A stretch of DNA of 56,835 nt, counting the filler, from Bipalium vagum (Eukaryota), in NCBI GenBank assembly GCA_037834085.1. It is 3 parts of 3 records of this genome, joined end to end, with 100 filler letters (N's around TTAATTAATTAA, not from the genome) between each part and the next. Parts side by side here need not be neighbours in the genome. Positions count along the whole stretch, not along the records: positions 1 to 20,524 come from JBBMKC010251123.1; 2 more parts are not named here. One strand, given 5' to 3'. The notes beneath the pieces were generated by a model. It saw only the letters and a program-made list of their open reading frames with translations. It had not been told where the DNA came from and searched no databases. The position numbers and the translations under genes were made by a program. The stretch's first letter is position 1. Each line of letters starts with the position of its first letter. Of this stretch, positions 1-14,100 are shown in pieces.

Positions 1-752
1 ACTAATTTTTATGTATAGATATGTATTGCATGTTTGTATTCATAATAAATTTTTTTGATTTTAGGGTGCTTTTTACTTTTTTCCGTGAGTATACATTTAT
101 TAAATATTTTGTATTTTAAAATTGCTTATTATGTTTTAATTGTATTATAAAATTTAATGTTTTTAAAAATTTAATAAATTAATAATGATAACATTTAGAG
201 ATTAATGATTTATTAAAACCCCTAGATTCAATAAAAATATTTTGAAAATTAAAATTATTGGTCTCTTAATAAATTACTTTAAAATTGTCTTGTCTTGATT
301 ATAAACCAATAGATGTTAACACAAAAAATTAGAATGTTTAAAAAAATTGAAAATCAGTTTTTCAAAAAAATGTTATTTAGGAATTTTTATCAAATTTCAT
401 CCAATTGGTCAGATTATTTATCATGATAATTGGAGTTGGTTCTTTTACTTTTCACAGTTAATCGATCAAAAAATATCTTTTGCAACCCAGAAAATGGTTC
501 TTGTAATCCTTACGTTTCCTCTTGAGCTCATTGAGACAGGACCATTTAGTTTCTATCTTCTTAAAGCTTTGTTTTAATTTGAGATAATGATGATAAATCT
601 ACATATCATAGGAAGTTATAAAACAACATGTAAAATCCTTTTACACTGTCTAAAACGCTACAAACAATTTTCGAAAATTTCTTTTCATCTGTGTTTTAGT
701 TTTATAGTTTTGAAATAAAGAACAAGTTTACAAAAAAAAAATCATATTTAAT

Positions 753-871
753 TCATTTTTCAAAATATGGAATACACGGTAGGAATATTAGTAGGTGTTT
801 AATTTCATCAGAAACTTTTCGTTGGTACAATTTGGGGACTATCCCTGCATAGATTATTCGTATCAATTCAC
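753..871 (-). CDS. Candidate terminal exon of the UNC-89-like gene
   Basis: A TTTTCAG acceptor in phase 1 matches the donor at 2156. It reads GELIRIIYAGIVPKLYQRKVSDEIKHLLIFLPCIPYFEK then TGA. No homology support. Confidence 0.3.
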
Positions 872-2156
872 CTGAAAATTCAATTCCGTTAACCCGATCA
901 TTTTATTGTGGCAAATGAAGGAGCCCATTCACCTAACCCATTTATCATAGTATTAATTTTCTCTCAAGGTTAATGGGTTTTTAATTAAGTACTTAATATC
1001 TGCACTATTTTTCAAATTTTGAATTCTAAAAGGTTAAATAAGTTAACATACATTTAAACAGATTTTCAATATATATATTTATTTAAATTTTAACAGATAT
1101 ACATTTAAAAGATAGATTATTTTATTTTAAAAAATTCAAATAAATAACGCCATTAATGTGAGAGAGCCTAAAGACTTCGTACATTTATATAATATATTTT
1201 TAAACACCCAATGCCAAATTTATTAAAAATTATTTTGAGTGATATAATTTCCATTTAGAATTTTGAGTATTTTTTAAAAATATTACTTACATTTGAAGAT
1301 AATCTAATTTCAAATTTATAATTTTTTAAAAATATTTTTTTTTCAAATTTCAAATACATAAAATACATATCTTCTTTTCTAAAATTTTAAGTAATACAAT
1401 TTTTTATTAATATGATTATGATTCTATGATAAATATAAAGTCTAGTCAACTTCCTTAATTTTTTTTTAAAATAACAAAAAATATCAAATATAAACAGATT
1501 TGTTACTTCATCTGTATTGGCTTCTTTAAAATTAAAATATGATATTTTGTTTTTGACTGTTAAAATATTACGATTATATGGATATTCGAAAAATATAGTG
1601 TACCTTTTATTAAAAATCATCTATTTTTAATATAATCTAAAATATTCAATATATTAATCTTTAAAAGAATTTTAATTTATTTCTCATTAAATAATAATAT
1701 AATAATAAAAACAATTAAAATAATAAAAATAAAAATAATTAATAATAGTAATAAAAAAATAAAAGTCAAAAAATGAAAACTGAAATGTTTCATGTTTGTT
1801 AAATTTCAATCATAATATAAAATTAAGTTGATTAAATATAATAAATTAAATTAAAGGAAATTAAAAACACATTTAAAGAATTGACTGATGAATTAAATTA
1901 ATATAAAAATTGGTATTATTAATGAAAAATTATTAATAAATTATTAGAAAAAATAATATGATGATTTTTTTAATTAAGTGAAATTAATAATGTTTATTTA
2001 TTTTAAAAGATTAAAGTTTAAATAATTATTTAAAATCGAATTCTTGTTCAGGTTACCTTTTTAAAATATTTAAAACGAAAAAAGATTCTTTTCTATTTTT
2101 ATATAAAATCACTTTTAAAAAAAGAAGTTGGTAATTATAAATCAAAAGATTCATAC

Positions 2157-5100
2157 CAGAAATGGTTTCAGCTGTTGAAATTACATCCTCCAACATATCA
2201 TAATGGGAAGAGCCCTCATCGTCCAAAGTCGCACTTTCCAGATTGACAGATTCCATTTCGATAGCAGCAAATCTTTGATATTTTTCGAAATATTGCTTAT
2301 AGTGCTGGTCGTCTTCGTCAGAACCTACGAATATTTCTCCTACACCTATGGGAATTGGGAATAGGTTCAGTTAATAATAATATTCCAAAATCGATATCAG
2401 TGAGCATGTAAAAAGTGTGCATATGTGAAAAGTGTGCTTCACCAAATGCGCATATATATGCTACCTGGTGTCAACATTTATATGCATTCTGGTCGCTGAG
2501 GTTCGGACAACCGACAGAGATTGTAGAAATTTTGTTGAACCAATAACACGTAGTGAATATTATTAAAGATGACGAGGCAAAATAATTTATTAAAATTAAA
2601 ATCACGATTTTTCTCATTAACTCTTTTTATAGGGTCGTCACAGCTTCATTTCTTTAAAAATTTAACCTTAAAAATGATATTCCTCAATGAGGACAAGTAA
2701 CAAAATTAGGGCGGAATATTTGATGATAGGCGTTGTTAGTGTTTCTAAAAATTACCAGAAAAGTATTTATTAACCGTTCTAAATATTTATAGGATAATTA
2801 ATTAAAATTAATTAATTTAATTTAAAAATTATGAAAATTAAATTATATGTAACAAAAATAAAATATAAATATATAAATAGAATATTAATAAAATAGAATA
2901 TTAATAAAATAAAATATAAATATATAAATAGAATATTTTAATGCATTTATTATTTTTAAAGTATGAAATTTTTTTTATTCCTTAAAATAGAATTAAATTT
3001 AATTATTTTTCTTTATTTTACATTTTTGCTCTTCTGTAGAAATCATATCCAATTAGGTATTTTCATATTGATATCAATCATACATGTATATATCATTATA
3101 TATTAATATAAAATAAATAATGAGAGTAAATTCATGAAGACAAGGTTTTTAGAATCTATTACATTTATAAGAAAAAAACTGGAAAAATAGGAATGAAGCA
3201 TATATTATTAAAACGTAACAAAAACGGTAATTTCTTAAAATTGACTATTTTTTATTCGTAGGTTCTCGAAAAATTTTTTTATTTAATTACATTCTATTTA
3301 TCAATTATAAGGAGCTCACACTATTTCTACATTCATCTGTTGATTATTGAAAACACAAAAATAATCCTTTACCAATGAATATTTTATTACTTTTATAACA
3401 ATCAAGTTACATAACATATTTCAAGACTTAATAAGGCCTAGAATAATTACTCTACAAATTTAAACTTTTTTCTATCGGAGATGGCATTATGATAATATAG
3501 TCTGTGTTTTTGCAGATGATTACGAATTAAAAGTCATTTTTCCTTTAGAACATCTGATTCAAGAAAAAATACATTTTAAAGAATAATAAGAATTATAATA
3601 GGCAGTTGAGAGGACTTTCCGTGGGAAAGGTTTTGCTGATATCGACCAGATATCTGAATTCATCATTTTTAACCACAGATATATACTTGTTAAAACAAAT
3701 CAAAGTCCACGAAAATAAGTCTAATTAACATTCCGATGAACAAAATGTGCTTGTTTTTCATTGCATATATTTTATTATATTATTTCACAGTCACAGCTTG
3801 CTGGACAATGGTTATATTGATGTTACTTTATAAATATTGATAAGTAGTACATATATTAACAGACACTGATCACATATTTTGGATCATTTACCGTCCACGT
3901 GAAAGGAAATAGAAAAATTGTCTTTTAATCAGTTTTTACGAATGTTATCGCAGTAAATATAACTCAAATGTCAGTTTTTTATTTTTATCAGTTTTTTTAT
4001 TAAACTGACAAAACATGGTTATACAGTTAATATTTGAATTTCTCAAATTAAGAGCAAAATAATAATAGAATAGTTTTTTATTATATATTTTTTATTAATT
4101 TTATATTTATTATAATCATTATATTTATTATAATTATAAGGAATTATAAAGATTTTAAGTAATCTTTATAATTCAGTAAAATCAATAATTATAATTGTTT
4201 GGCAATAAGTGATGAGAGACAGAAGGATATAATAGACTATGAGAAAATGCAGGGAAGACCGAGCGTTACAATAACATTGTAGGGACAGACGTTTGATTGT
4301 TTATTGGACACCAGGGCGCGAATCAACGTGATGAGCAGGAGGATTGCAATGCAGTTGAGAAGAACTGGGTTAGAGAAATGTGATGTCAATTTGCGATGCG
4401 CAAGCGATATCAGACTAGAGACGGTGAGCAAGCTCGAGATTGAAGAGCAAATTAACAACAGACGAGCAAAGATCAAATTTATTGTAGTAAAATCGGTTAC
4501 ACCAGATATCATCGGAGGTATTGAGTTACAGAAGCAAATTGATTTTGTTTTCTACCAAAGTCAGAGCAGAAAAGTAACTCATCATGAAGGTGATTACGAT
4601 CAAGAACATCTGTGCGGGATTGAAGCAAGATTTGGTTGGACGATAAAGGTACGTGAGAGAAAACAAAGAGTGCTGAAAACATTGGGAATCAAGGAAGATT
4701 CAGCCTTAGGGAAAATTATAAATGAGTTCAAAGATGCACTTATGACCGATAAATAGAACATTGGCTGCACTCATCTGAAGAAGCATCAAATTTTAACCGA
4801 AGGTAAACCAATTAATATCAAACAGCCGATGAATCTGGAAACTAAAATAACGAAACTGTTCAGAATTTGCGTGAGAACGGCATAATTAGAAAATGACATT
4901 CACCTTGGAATAGGCCGTTGATCTGTGTGTGGAAGAAGGATAAATGAGATATCAGATTATACTAGGACTTCAGGCAACTAAATGCAATTACGGAGAGACC
5001 GGCATTCCCAATTCCTAACGTAGATGAACTATTGGATCAGTTGGGAGGCGCTAAATATTTCAGTTCCATAGACCTGGGAAATGCGTACTACCAGCTTGAG

Positions 5101-8100
5101 TTGAATAAAAAATCTCAAGAAAAGACAGCTTTCTTCATGAAAAGCGGACAATTTTGTTTTACCCGGATGCCTTTTGGGATTGGAGCGGCACCTGGTTCGT
5201 TCCAGAAAATCATGAACAAAGTGACAGTAGAAATGAAAGGAGTGGTATTTTATTTAGATGATATCTTTAGATGACAATGGGTCGTAAGAGGTATGTTTTG
5301 GGAATAATCGATAAGCGAACCAAATATGTAGTTCTAGTTGTGATTGGGAAACAAGATGAAAACACAATTCAAAAAGTTTTATTAAACGAATGGATTTTGA
5401 AATTTGGATGCCCAAGACGACTACATGTGGACTGCGGGAGAGTTTTTGATTTAAGAAGCATGAGAAGCATGAATGCCACATAGTAGAAATCAATAAATGC
5501 AAGTCCAGCTGAATTTGTGTTTGGTATAAGAATAGCAAGAACAAATTTGGAACCACACACGAGTGACGTAATCAAAGGAAATTTCATCGATACAACAGAG
5601 ACCAGAAGAAGTTTCAATGTTGAAGAAGAAGTGTGGGTCAAAGTTAAATGTCAGAATAAGGATCAAGGACGCTTCGAAGGCCTATACAAAGTGATAACAA
5701 AGGTACATGACCGACAATATATCCTATAGAACAGTGACGGCAAGAAGGTTGAAAGGAATGTGGAAAAGCTGAAGAGATTTCTTTGAAGGGGGATATAAGG
5801 AATTATAACGATTTTGCGTAATCTTTATAATTCAGTAAAATCAATAATTACAATTGTTTTAATTATTGATTTTTATGAAACAGCAGATTTTTGAAATAAA
5901 TAAATTTTAGTAATTGTTTAGTTTATTATTTCATATGGAATTTTAGCAAGTTAACAATAATCATTATATTTATTATAATCATTATATTTATTAATAATTA
6001 TATCATTTTATATTATATTACACTTTTTTTTATTTTTAATATAATTATTAACCTCCTTTTCTCAGTCTCCTTTTGATGTCATGAAGCCATCCAAGCTTGC
6101 TAAATCTTTTGGAAAAATGGAACATGAAGATTCTGTAATTTGAGCTGTTACATTTTGACCAAAAAATTAAATCGTTTGGGTCCTCGTAATTGTCTTTTGA
6201 ATAAAGTTTTGTATTGTGTAGCTTGAAATATCTATATTTAAATATGAAATAAATAAATGATAATAATTTACTTCTAAAATGTGCTTTCTTGTTAGGTCTT
6301 CACTGTTGTTAACAGATATTAGATAGTGTTTTAAAAGGAAAACTGAACACATTTCTACATTAAGGAATTTCAGGTTTTCATAATTGGAGTTCATCATTTC
6401 TGTTTCCGAAACTCTGACGGATTCAGTCTACATTTAGGGTATAATTACATGTTGAAAGAAATTAAGTAATCAATGTAGTTTTTGTCTTAATTAAATAGAA
6501 CGAATCAATGATTTATTTTTTAGAACAATTCTAATATTTTTCAATTTTATTTAGCGAGGTTTAAATAATTATAATTTCAATTATTATTTTTTAATCATTT
6601 TTATCTCTCGTTTTAATTATTTTGAGTAGAATCCAAATTAAATACATGTGTTTATTATCAGATTTTCATTATTTAAGACGGAATTGTTGTTTTTCAATTT
6701 TCACAATAATTATTTAATTTAATATTTTAATTTGCCATAATAATAAAATCGATTTGAAACTCAATAAATAAATTAGAAAATAGTAAATGGTACATTATAA
6801 TCAATTTTCGGATCAAAATATTTCTAACATTCTGAAAAGTACAATTTTTCGTTCTTTGTCTGATAGCGTGCCTAGCAGGATTCAAGAAGTTCTGAAAAAT
6901 CAGGGACATCAATCAAAATGTTGATCTGTGCTTGTTTTGTACATATCTCTGTTTGTACACATATGAAAAATGAAAAAATTGAATAGAAATATATTAATAA
7001 TATCTTATTTTTTGCCTTTCAATAAAATATGCTAAACTTTTAAAATAGGCAACTGTATTAGGTAAACATCGGAAATAAAATTTTATATGGCTTTAAATTT
7101 TAATGTATATGTATAGAGATTATATCAGATGATATAGATCGTCTATAAAGTAAATCAGGATTTTATTATAACCTGTATCAATGTTAATAATTAATAAAGA
7201 CATTTATTATATATGAAAAGTTTATTGAGAACATGGAATTACAAAAAATATTCAATGTTTCCCATCAAGATCTCACCACATTGCTAACTGCCTTGGAAAA
7301 GAGTTCACGGTACCTTGTAGCTGGTGCGATGTTATTGCATTGATTTCTTCTGTAATTATTAATTTTAATTGATGGGCTTTTGTTGGTTGACGACCATATA
7401 CTTTACTTTTTAAGCAAACGAAATTCTCTTAATCTTAGTTGAGATAAAATAAACAAGTTAATTTTAATATAAATCAATTTCATTACTTGCAAGGAACAAT
7501 ATTTTTTTATTAAATAAATAAATCATAATAATTCTGTTTATGATATAATTTATTTTTAAAGCTTGTTTACCAAAAGCCGAAAATATCGGGTCTGGTTAAT
7601 TACTATGAAAAAAATAAGACATTTAATAAGCTAATCATTAATTACCCACAGATAGTACATGGTGATAAAATAGTTATTGATAAATTATTTTTGCTAATAT
7701 TCTTGATGAAGCAAACGGAATATTAAGGACATCAAAAGGTTTGTTTAAAAATCCCTAAAGGTATATGAGAAAATCGTCAAAACCGTAAATAATGAAGTTT
7801 TCACAAGAATCAGTGAAGATCGAGTGAGTGTAATTCGTTTGAACTATAGTTATTAGGAAAATCAACGAATTTACTTGCAATAAGTTTCTGAATGCATTTC
7901 TTCTAACTCAGATTTAAGTCTTCTGATGCAAAAATGTTGATAAATGTTATTCTCTCCACGAATAGAGCAATCTTCTGATAGGAAAAAATGCATGATTTCC
8001 AAATAAAAATTATTCTAATATGTAATCTCTTCGACAAAATGATGAAGAGAATAAACTATGATGAACATCCTTTTATTGAACCACGTAAATTAATCCTGGC

Positions 8101-11100
8101 GATTGTTGTAAGAAATGTAAAAAAATTCTTTTTATTCCCATAATATTCCGACATTTTCCGGGATGGAGAACATACTGAATGGTCTTTGTTATTTAATGAT
8201 TATTTTTATGATAAAAATTTCGGTCGCTACTTTTCTTATTGTTCCTTATTAAAAATAATTATGATTAATTCGAAAAATGTTATTATTATTCTTTTATTAA
8301 ACGAAACAAATATTTATTAAAAATGTTTCAAGCCTTCTGGCTTACTGTCCTCGAACAATTTTGTGTAAACCTAATATAATAAAAAGATTTTAAAATGTCA
8401 AGCTCTAGAATTATTTTTCATTTCATCTATAAGAAACCCTTTAAAGAATGAGATACCCAAGACAATTCGTCAACGGTATTGTGTTTCACATTAATTAGTG
8501 TTTGCAATAGATTGTTTCTGAAGAATTGGTTAAAATAAGAACAGAGTCGATAAGTAATGAGTCTGATAAAGTAGTTTTATTTATAATCTCTCAAATTATT
8601 AACAACAATGATAACAATTAACCAAATCACAAAATGAAGAAAGCAAAAATCAATTAATAATTAAAATTTTCTTATATTAATATACTGTACTCAATATATG
8701 ACTGAAATTGTACTTTTATAATCCAATTTTTTAAGATGGAATACTTTTAAAGTGGTATATTTACAAAAAAAATTATGAAAATTTAAAAATTGAATAAAAT
8801 ATTTTAAAGAATTTAGTTAAAAAGTCTGAAAATATCGTTTCATTTGAAACATTTCAAGAGTATACCAAAGGAAAAATATATATCAAATCAGTATTGTAAT
8901 GAATTAAATATTTACACTAATTTTTTCAAAAGTATTTAATTAAAAATGTAATTCACTATATTAAAAAATGGAAACTCCTACACATTAAAATTTTGAATGA
9001 ATTAAGTATACAAAATTAAAATATTTGTTAAAATCACTTCATATATTATTAAGGAATTGAATTTTAAAAAGTTCATTTGTTGTGTTAATGTTTCCATGAA
9101 CAAAAATTTAATTCAAGCTCTGATATTATTAACATGTATAATTTTGACAAGTTGAAATGTGAATTTTCATAAAGATTACAATATGCTTTATAATAAGAAA
9201 ACTTTTAATTTGTTTAAATATTTAATTAACGATGATGGCTTAATATTTGAATTATTTAAATCTTTAAATACTGAATTTTTTACATGGATAATCTCAACCA
9301 AAATTGTTACTTCCTTCATTTTAAACTATGCAACTGTTTTAATGTTAGTAATAACATATTGATATGATTTGCATAATTTTTATTAAAAAATTAAAAAGCC
9401 ATACTAAATTTTACTAAATTATGAATTTAAGGAAAAAATTACGAAATATTTTCGAATTAAGTATATGTCTTTAATTCATTCATTATTGTTATTTGTTAAT
9501 ACTTAACTTTGAATTATTGGAAATTGGTCACACAATAAATAACGATGTATATTTTAAAATTCTTGACCGTTTGTCAGATGCATTAATTGTAAAACGTTTT
9601 CATTGATCAACAGAAACTAAATAATTTTTTATCAGGACTGGGCTAGACACACATTGCAAAACTGTCGCAGCAAAAGCTTAAAGCCTTTTAATGGGAAAAA
9701 TAATTATTATTATTTAGGATATGTTCTCATCTTTAAACCAATTTGTCAAAAACTGTCTACCAGATATCGCTAGATCCACTCAATTTTTCATTTACTCTAT
9801 CATTTTATTAGACATCGAACGGAAATGATAGAAAAAGGTTCTATCAAATGTTATTGTAGAACTTCTCACTTGAGTTCTTGGAAAGTGATTTTGAGAAATT
9901 TTGCGTTATCATGGATAGAGACTTTGCATCATTTATTCTGTTTTCTGTATCATAATATATTTTACTCAACGGGGTTGATTCATGTATAAGTGCTTGTCGA
10001 TTTCTAGTTTTTCTAGATCAAATTTAAGTGTATCAGACTGATCCAATTGCACCAAACAGAAATCATAATTTTTTTGGGATACAAATCTTTTTTTTTCTAG
10101 GCGTTACTGTATTTTTAATTTCTAAGCAAGTTTCATTTCTTATGACCAGTGAAGTTTCGATGATGTAAAAATTTCTTCTAATCACTAGTTACTCTATCTG
10201 TCAAAATTTTGAGCAACAATTTTGCAATGACTTTCTTTGACTTTTTCTTTCAGCCGATATGGCATATCAGCACCCACCACTGTCATTTATTGCTGTTTAG
10301 TGTATGAGACAAATATCAAGCTGCGATAAGTTTGTCATCAACAAAATTGAATGGCCGACTGGTGTGGAAATAACTTGAAGTTTGAATGTGCAAGTTTCAA
10401 GTTTGCACTAATTTAGGCCATCACATTTTTTTCGTACACATTACAAAATTCTAAGATTGCTTTTGTAACTTCCTGAAAATTGTAAGAGGTAGCGGAGATT
10501 GTGGTTTTGGAACATTATTTCAAAGCTGTCAAATTGAAATAAAATGAAATGAGAATATTTTACTGTAATTTGTATTATTAATGATTATTATTATTGATTA
10601 TTGATTATTCTTCAAATATTTCAAATTAGAAAAACATTTAATTATTATAATTACCATTCTAATAAGTCTTTCTTTGGAAAAGTCAATTTCAGTTCCATCC
10701 AGCAACTTTTTTAGGAATAGGTTTTCTTCATTACGTCTCTTAATTCTGTTAAACATATTAATGGCTTTTTGAAAGTCAAACACATTGCCATCAAGGCGAC
10801 CAGTATATCGCATTATGTCAAGGAGAAATAAATTGTACTGATTGATCTGTTTTTCTACCTTTTCCATAAGATCGTGAAAAGAAAGTGTCGTGAACTTGGA
10901 TTTTTCATCTGTTTTGGAATTTTTTAAGAAGATATATTTTTTGTTTGAATGGGCGAGTTCAGCTTTCAAAATTTTCCATTGATTCAGAAATTTGGAATAT
11001 TGATAAAATTTGATTTTCTGTAACAATAATATTTTACACTCAAAAATATTGATAAATAATAATCAGTCAAATTATTTGAGAAAAATATTATAAAAATATA

Positions 11101-14100
11101 TAAAATATTATATTATTCATTAATTTTTTTAGAAAGACAAATTTAAAAGGTAAAAAATCCATTGTCAATATTTTTTTATGAAGTCGATAAGTTTTTAAAA
11201 GAATATACGCTAAGCCGGGAGAAGGTGTATACAAATTTTTTATTGATTATAAATATTATTATATTAATCACATAATGATAAATAATTATTAATAACACAA
11301 GAAATAAAGTGACATATTCAGTAATTTCTATTTTATTAATAAGGGTTTTAAATAGTTTTCATTGAAAATTCTTTATTATTCAGATACAGATATCTTTAAA
11401 AAATTGAAGCTATATCAGAAAAGGAAAGGAAATTAATATTGGGAAACACCTTTAACGAGTACTAAGAAGGAAATACCTTTTACGAGGTATATTGGGTATA
11501 ATTGCTTATTTTATGTTGTAAATTAGACAATTTTTCAAATTTCTTTACAAAAGATATATTACTTATTGATTATCAGTAACACATTTTTTTAAAAAAGATA
11601 TACTTTGAATAATTTTCAAATAAACATATTTTTATTATTATTTTTTCATAAAATTATATCTTTTAACTATTTTTATTATTTTAACTAATATAATATTAAT
11701 AATATTTAATAATTGTATAGATCTTATTTTTATAAATAAATAATAAATTTACTTGCTCCTTTAAAATTTTTGGTACTTCCGTCGGATTCATTACACAAGC
11801 AGAAAGTTTGGTTAAAATTTCACTAAAACATGAAAAAATAAATATCATTTCATTTCGTTAAATGATATATATATTGGAAAATATTCCACGAAATTATAAT
11901 ATTAATTAAAAACAAAAATTGGAAAAATATTCGAAAATTTCAAAAAATTTTCATTTGCATTACCCCAGATTCATTTAAAACAATTAATAAAAGTAAACTT
12001 AGCTTAGTAAAACAAATATTTATTTGAGAAGATTTTAAAATGAAATGCAGATATCACATATCTAAAATGTTTAATCTACCAATATATAGTAGAGAGACTC
12101 AGAAAAATAAATGGGTAGTTAAGATTTCTAAATTAAAAAATTCGTTTTCCAATCGTTATTATTTTATAAAAAATGAGAACTAATTTTTATATAAAATATA
12201 TATTGGCTATGTAAATATTATTAAATCGTCTCTAAAATTTAAGAAATATAAAGAAAATATATTTTCCAACAGGCTTCTCGTCTCTATTTAAATGTATTTA
12301 GATCATTTGTGTTGATATTACCGAAGAATCTTTATGTAAGATATATCTTAAATATTTCATTTAATCTTTTTTTTCTTTTCTTTTATTCTATGAAATTACT
12401 TACCTTTATAAACTACTTTGTCTATAACCATGGTATTATCAATCTCAGTTATAAATGAAAAGAGTAGAGTTAAAAATAAATAAATATTGGAAGATGCTGA
12501 AGCAATATAGGTGCAGTTGATTGAAAAATCAAAAGATTGTTTCTGAAATGCTGAGACCTATTAATATTGTGCATAACTGGTTGGGTCCAACTGGATATGA
12601 CCATTTTTACTTTCCGACCTCAATTTGAATTTCCTGATAACAATTTTGTTGAGCAATGTTTATTAAAAGTTGGCTTTGCTAATTATTCTTTTATGGAAAT
12701 TAAGCAGAATTTATATATTAAATAATTTTTAATTAAAAAATTCCACCTGTATATTAATATATATAATATATACATAAATATAAACAATTATATTAATATA
12801 ATTTATATATTATATATAAACAATATAGACAATATAAAATATTTGATAAGGATATATGGGGTTGTCCAGAAAGTTTTCTCTTTTTAGTATTAAATGATTT
12901 TCGGTTAATTCATATGGAATCCAGATATCAAGCTTCTTTAGGTATTCCATATTTTCTAGATGTTTACTAATAACAGTTTTGGATATTTTTAGTTACCCTG
13001 TCATTTCACGAACCGTTGCTTGTCGATTAACTTCAATGAAATCCTCTATTTTGTCATCAGAACTTTCTATAGGCCTTCCAGAACGAATAGCTTCTTTACT
13101 TGTTAAATTTTCGGAACAAAATTTTTATTCCAATTCTGACACGTGCACTCTGTTATCACACCAGTGCCATATAATTTGTATATTTTTCTAGGCGCATGTT
13201 TTCTATGTTGTCTTTGCCTTTGTTAAAATGAAATAGAATAATATGCGACAAATTTTCTTTTTTATTATCCATTTGAAAATGCCATCAAACAAATTTAAAC
13301 AAGCTAAATTAAGCAATGAATTTAAACAATATTAGAATTACTCAATAATATTAAAAATAATATGCATTTGAGATTTTTTACTTTCATAAATTCGTAAAAA
13401 GTTACTAAACATAAGAATTATCAAAAACCGAAAGAACTTTTGGGACCCTATATTAAGTATCTCCTAAAGTGAGATTAATATTGTTTGAATGGACTTAACA
13501 AAAAAAATTTCTGATAATTGATCTTTTGTTTTATTGATTTGATTTATTATATCTGGGTTTTTCAACGATATTATAACGATTTTATTAGAAAAGATTAAAG
13601 ATTAATTAAAGATTTCCTGACAAATTTAGCAATAAAGATAGAACCATAATGAAAATGAATGTTATTAATCTACTTGACTCCAAATATCTTATAGTTATGT
13701 TCATTAATATATAGCACTTTTTTACGAAACAAGTAACAAAAGTCTAAAAATTTTATTCAATCGACATACTCAATATTTACAAATTTCATGTCTCAACTAT
13801 ATCTGAAGCCACTCCACAAAATATTAAATTTTCTCAAATCAATACACAAATATATCCCAATGTCGTTTAAATATTTCAAAGTAGATCACAAATTCTCAGT
13901 TACTCGAAATACACTAAATAACCAGAAGATGAAATGAAATGAAAATAAAAATAATAAAATAGAAATTATTAAAAATTACTTTAAAATTACTTAAAACGAA
14001 AATTCACAGAAGTCGATTCAACTCAGGACCCACGGTGGACTACCAATATCTATAAAAGCACCCTCATATCCTGAAGCTCGGTAGGAACCAGAGCACAATC

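Noticed and set aside
2856-2940. Short AT-rich tandem duplications
   Set aside because: These are ordinary slippage repeats.
7650-9360. Possible stop-codon reassignment suggested by DH/PH-like peptides interrupted by TAA/TAG
   Set aside because: ERM ends in TAA and the ODAD1-like gene ends in TAG, and the DH-PH frame is complete without these segments.
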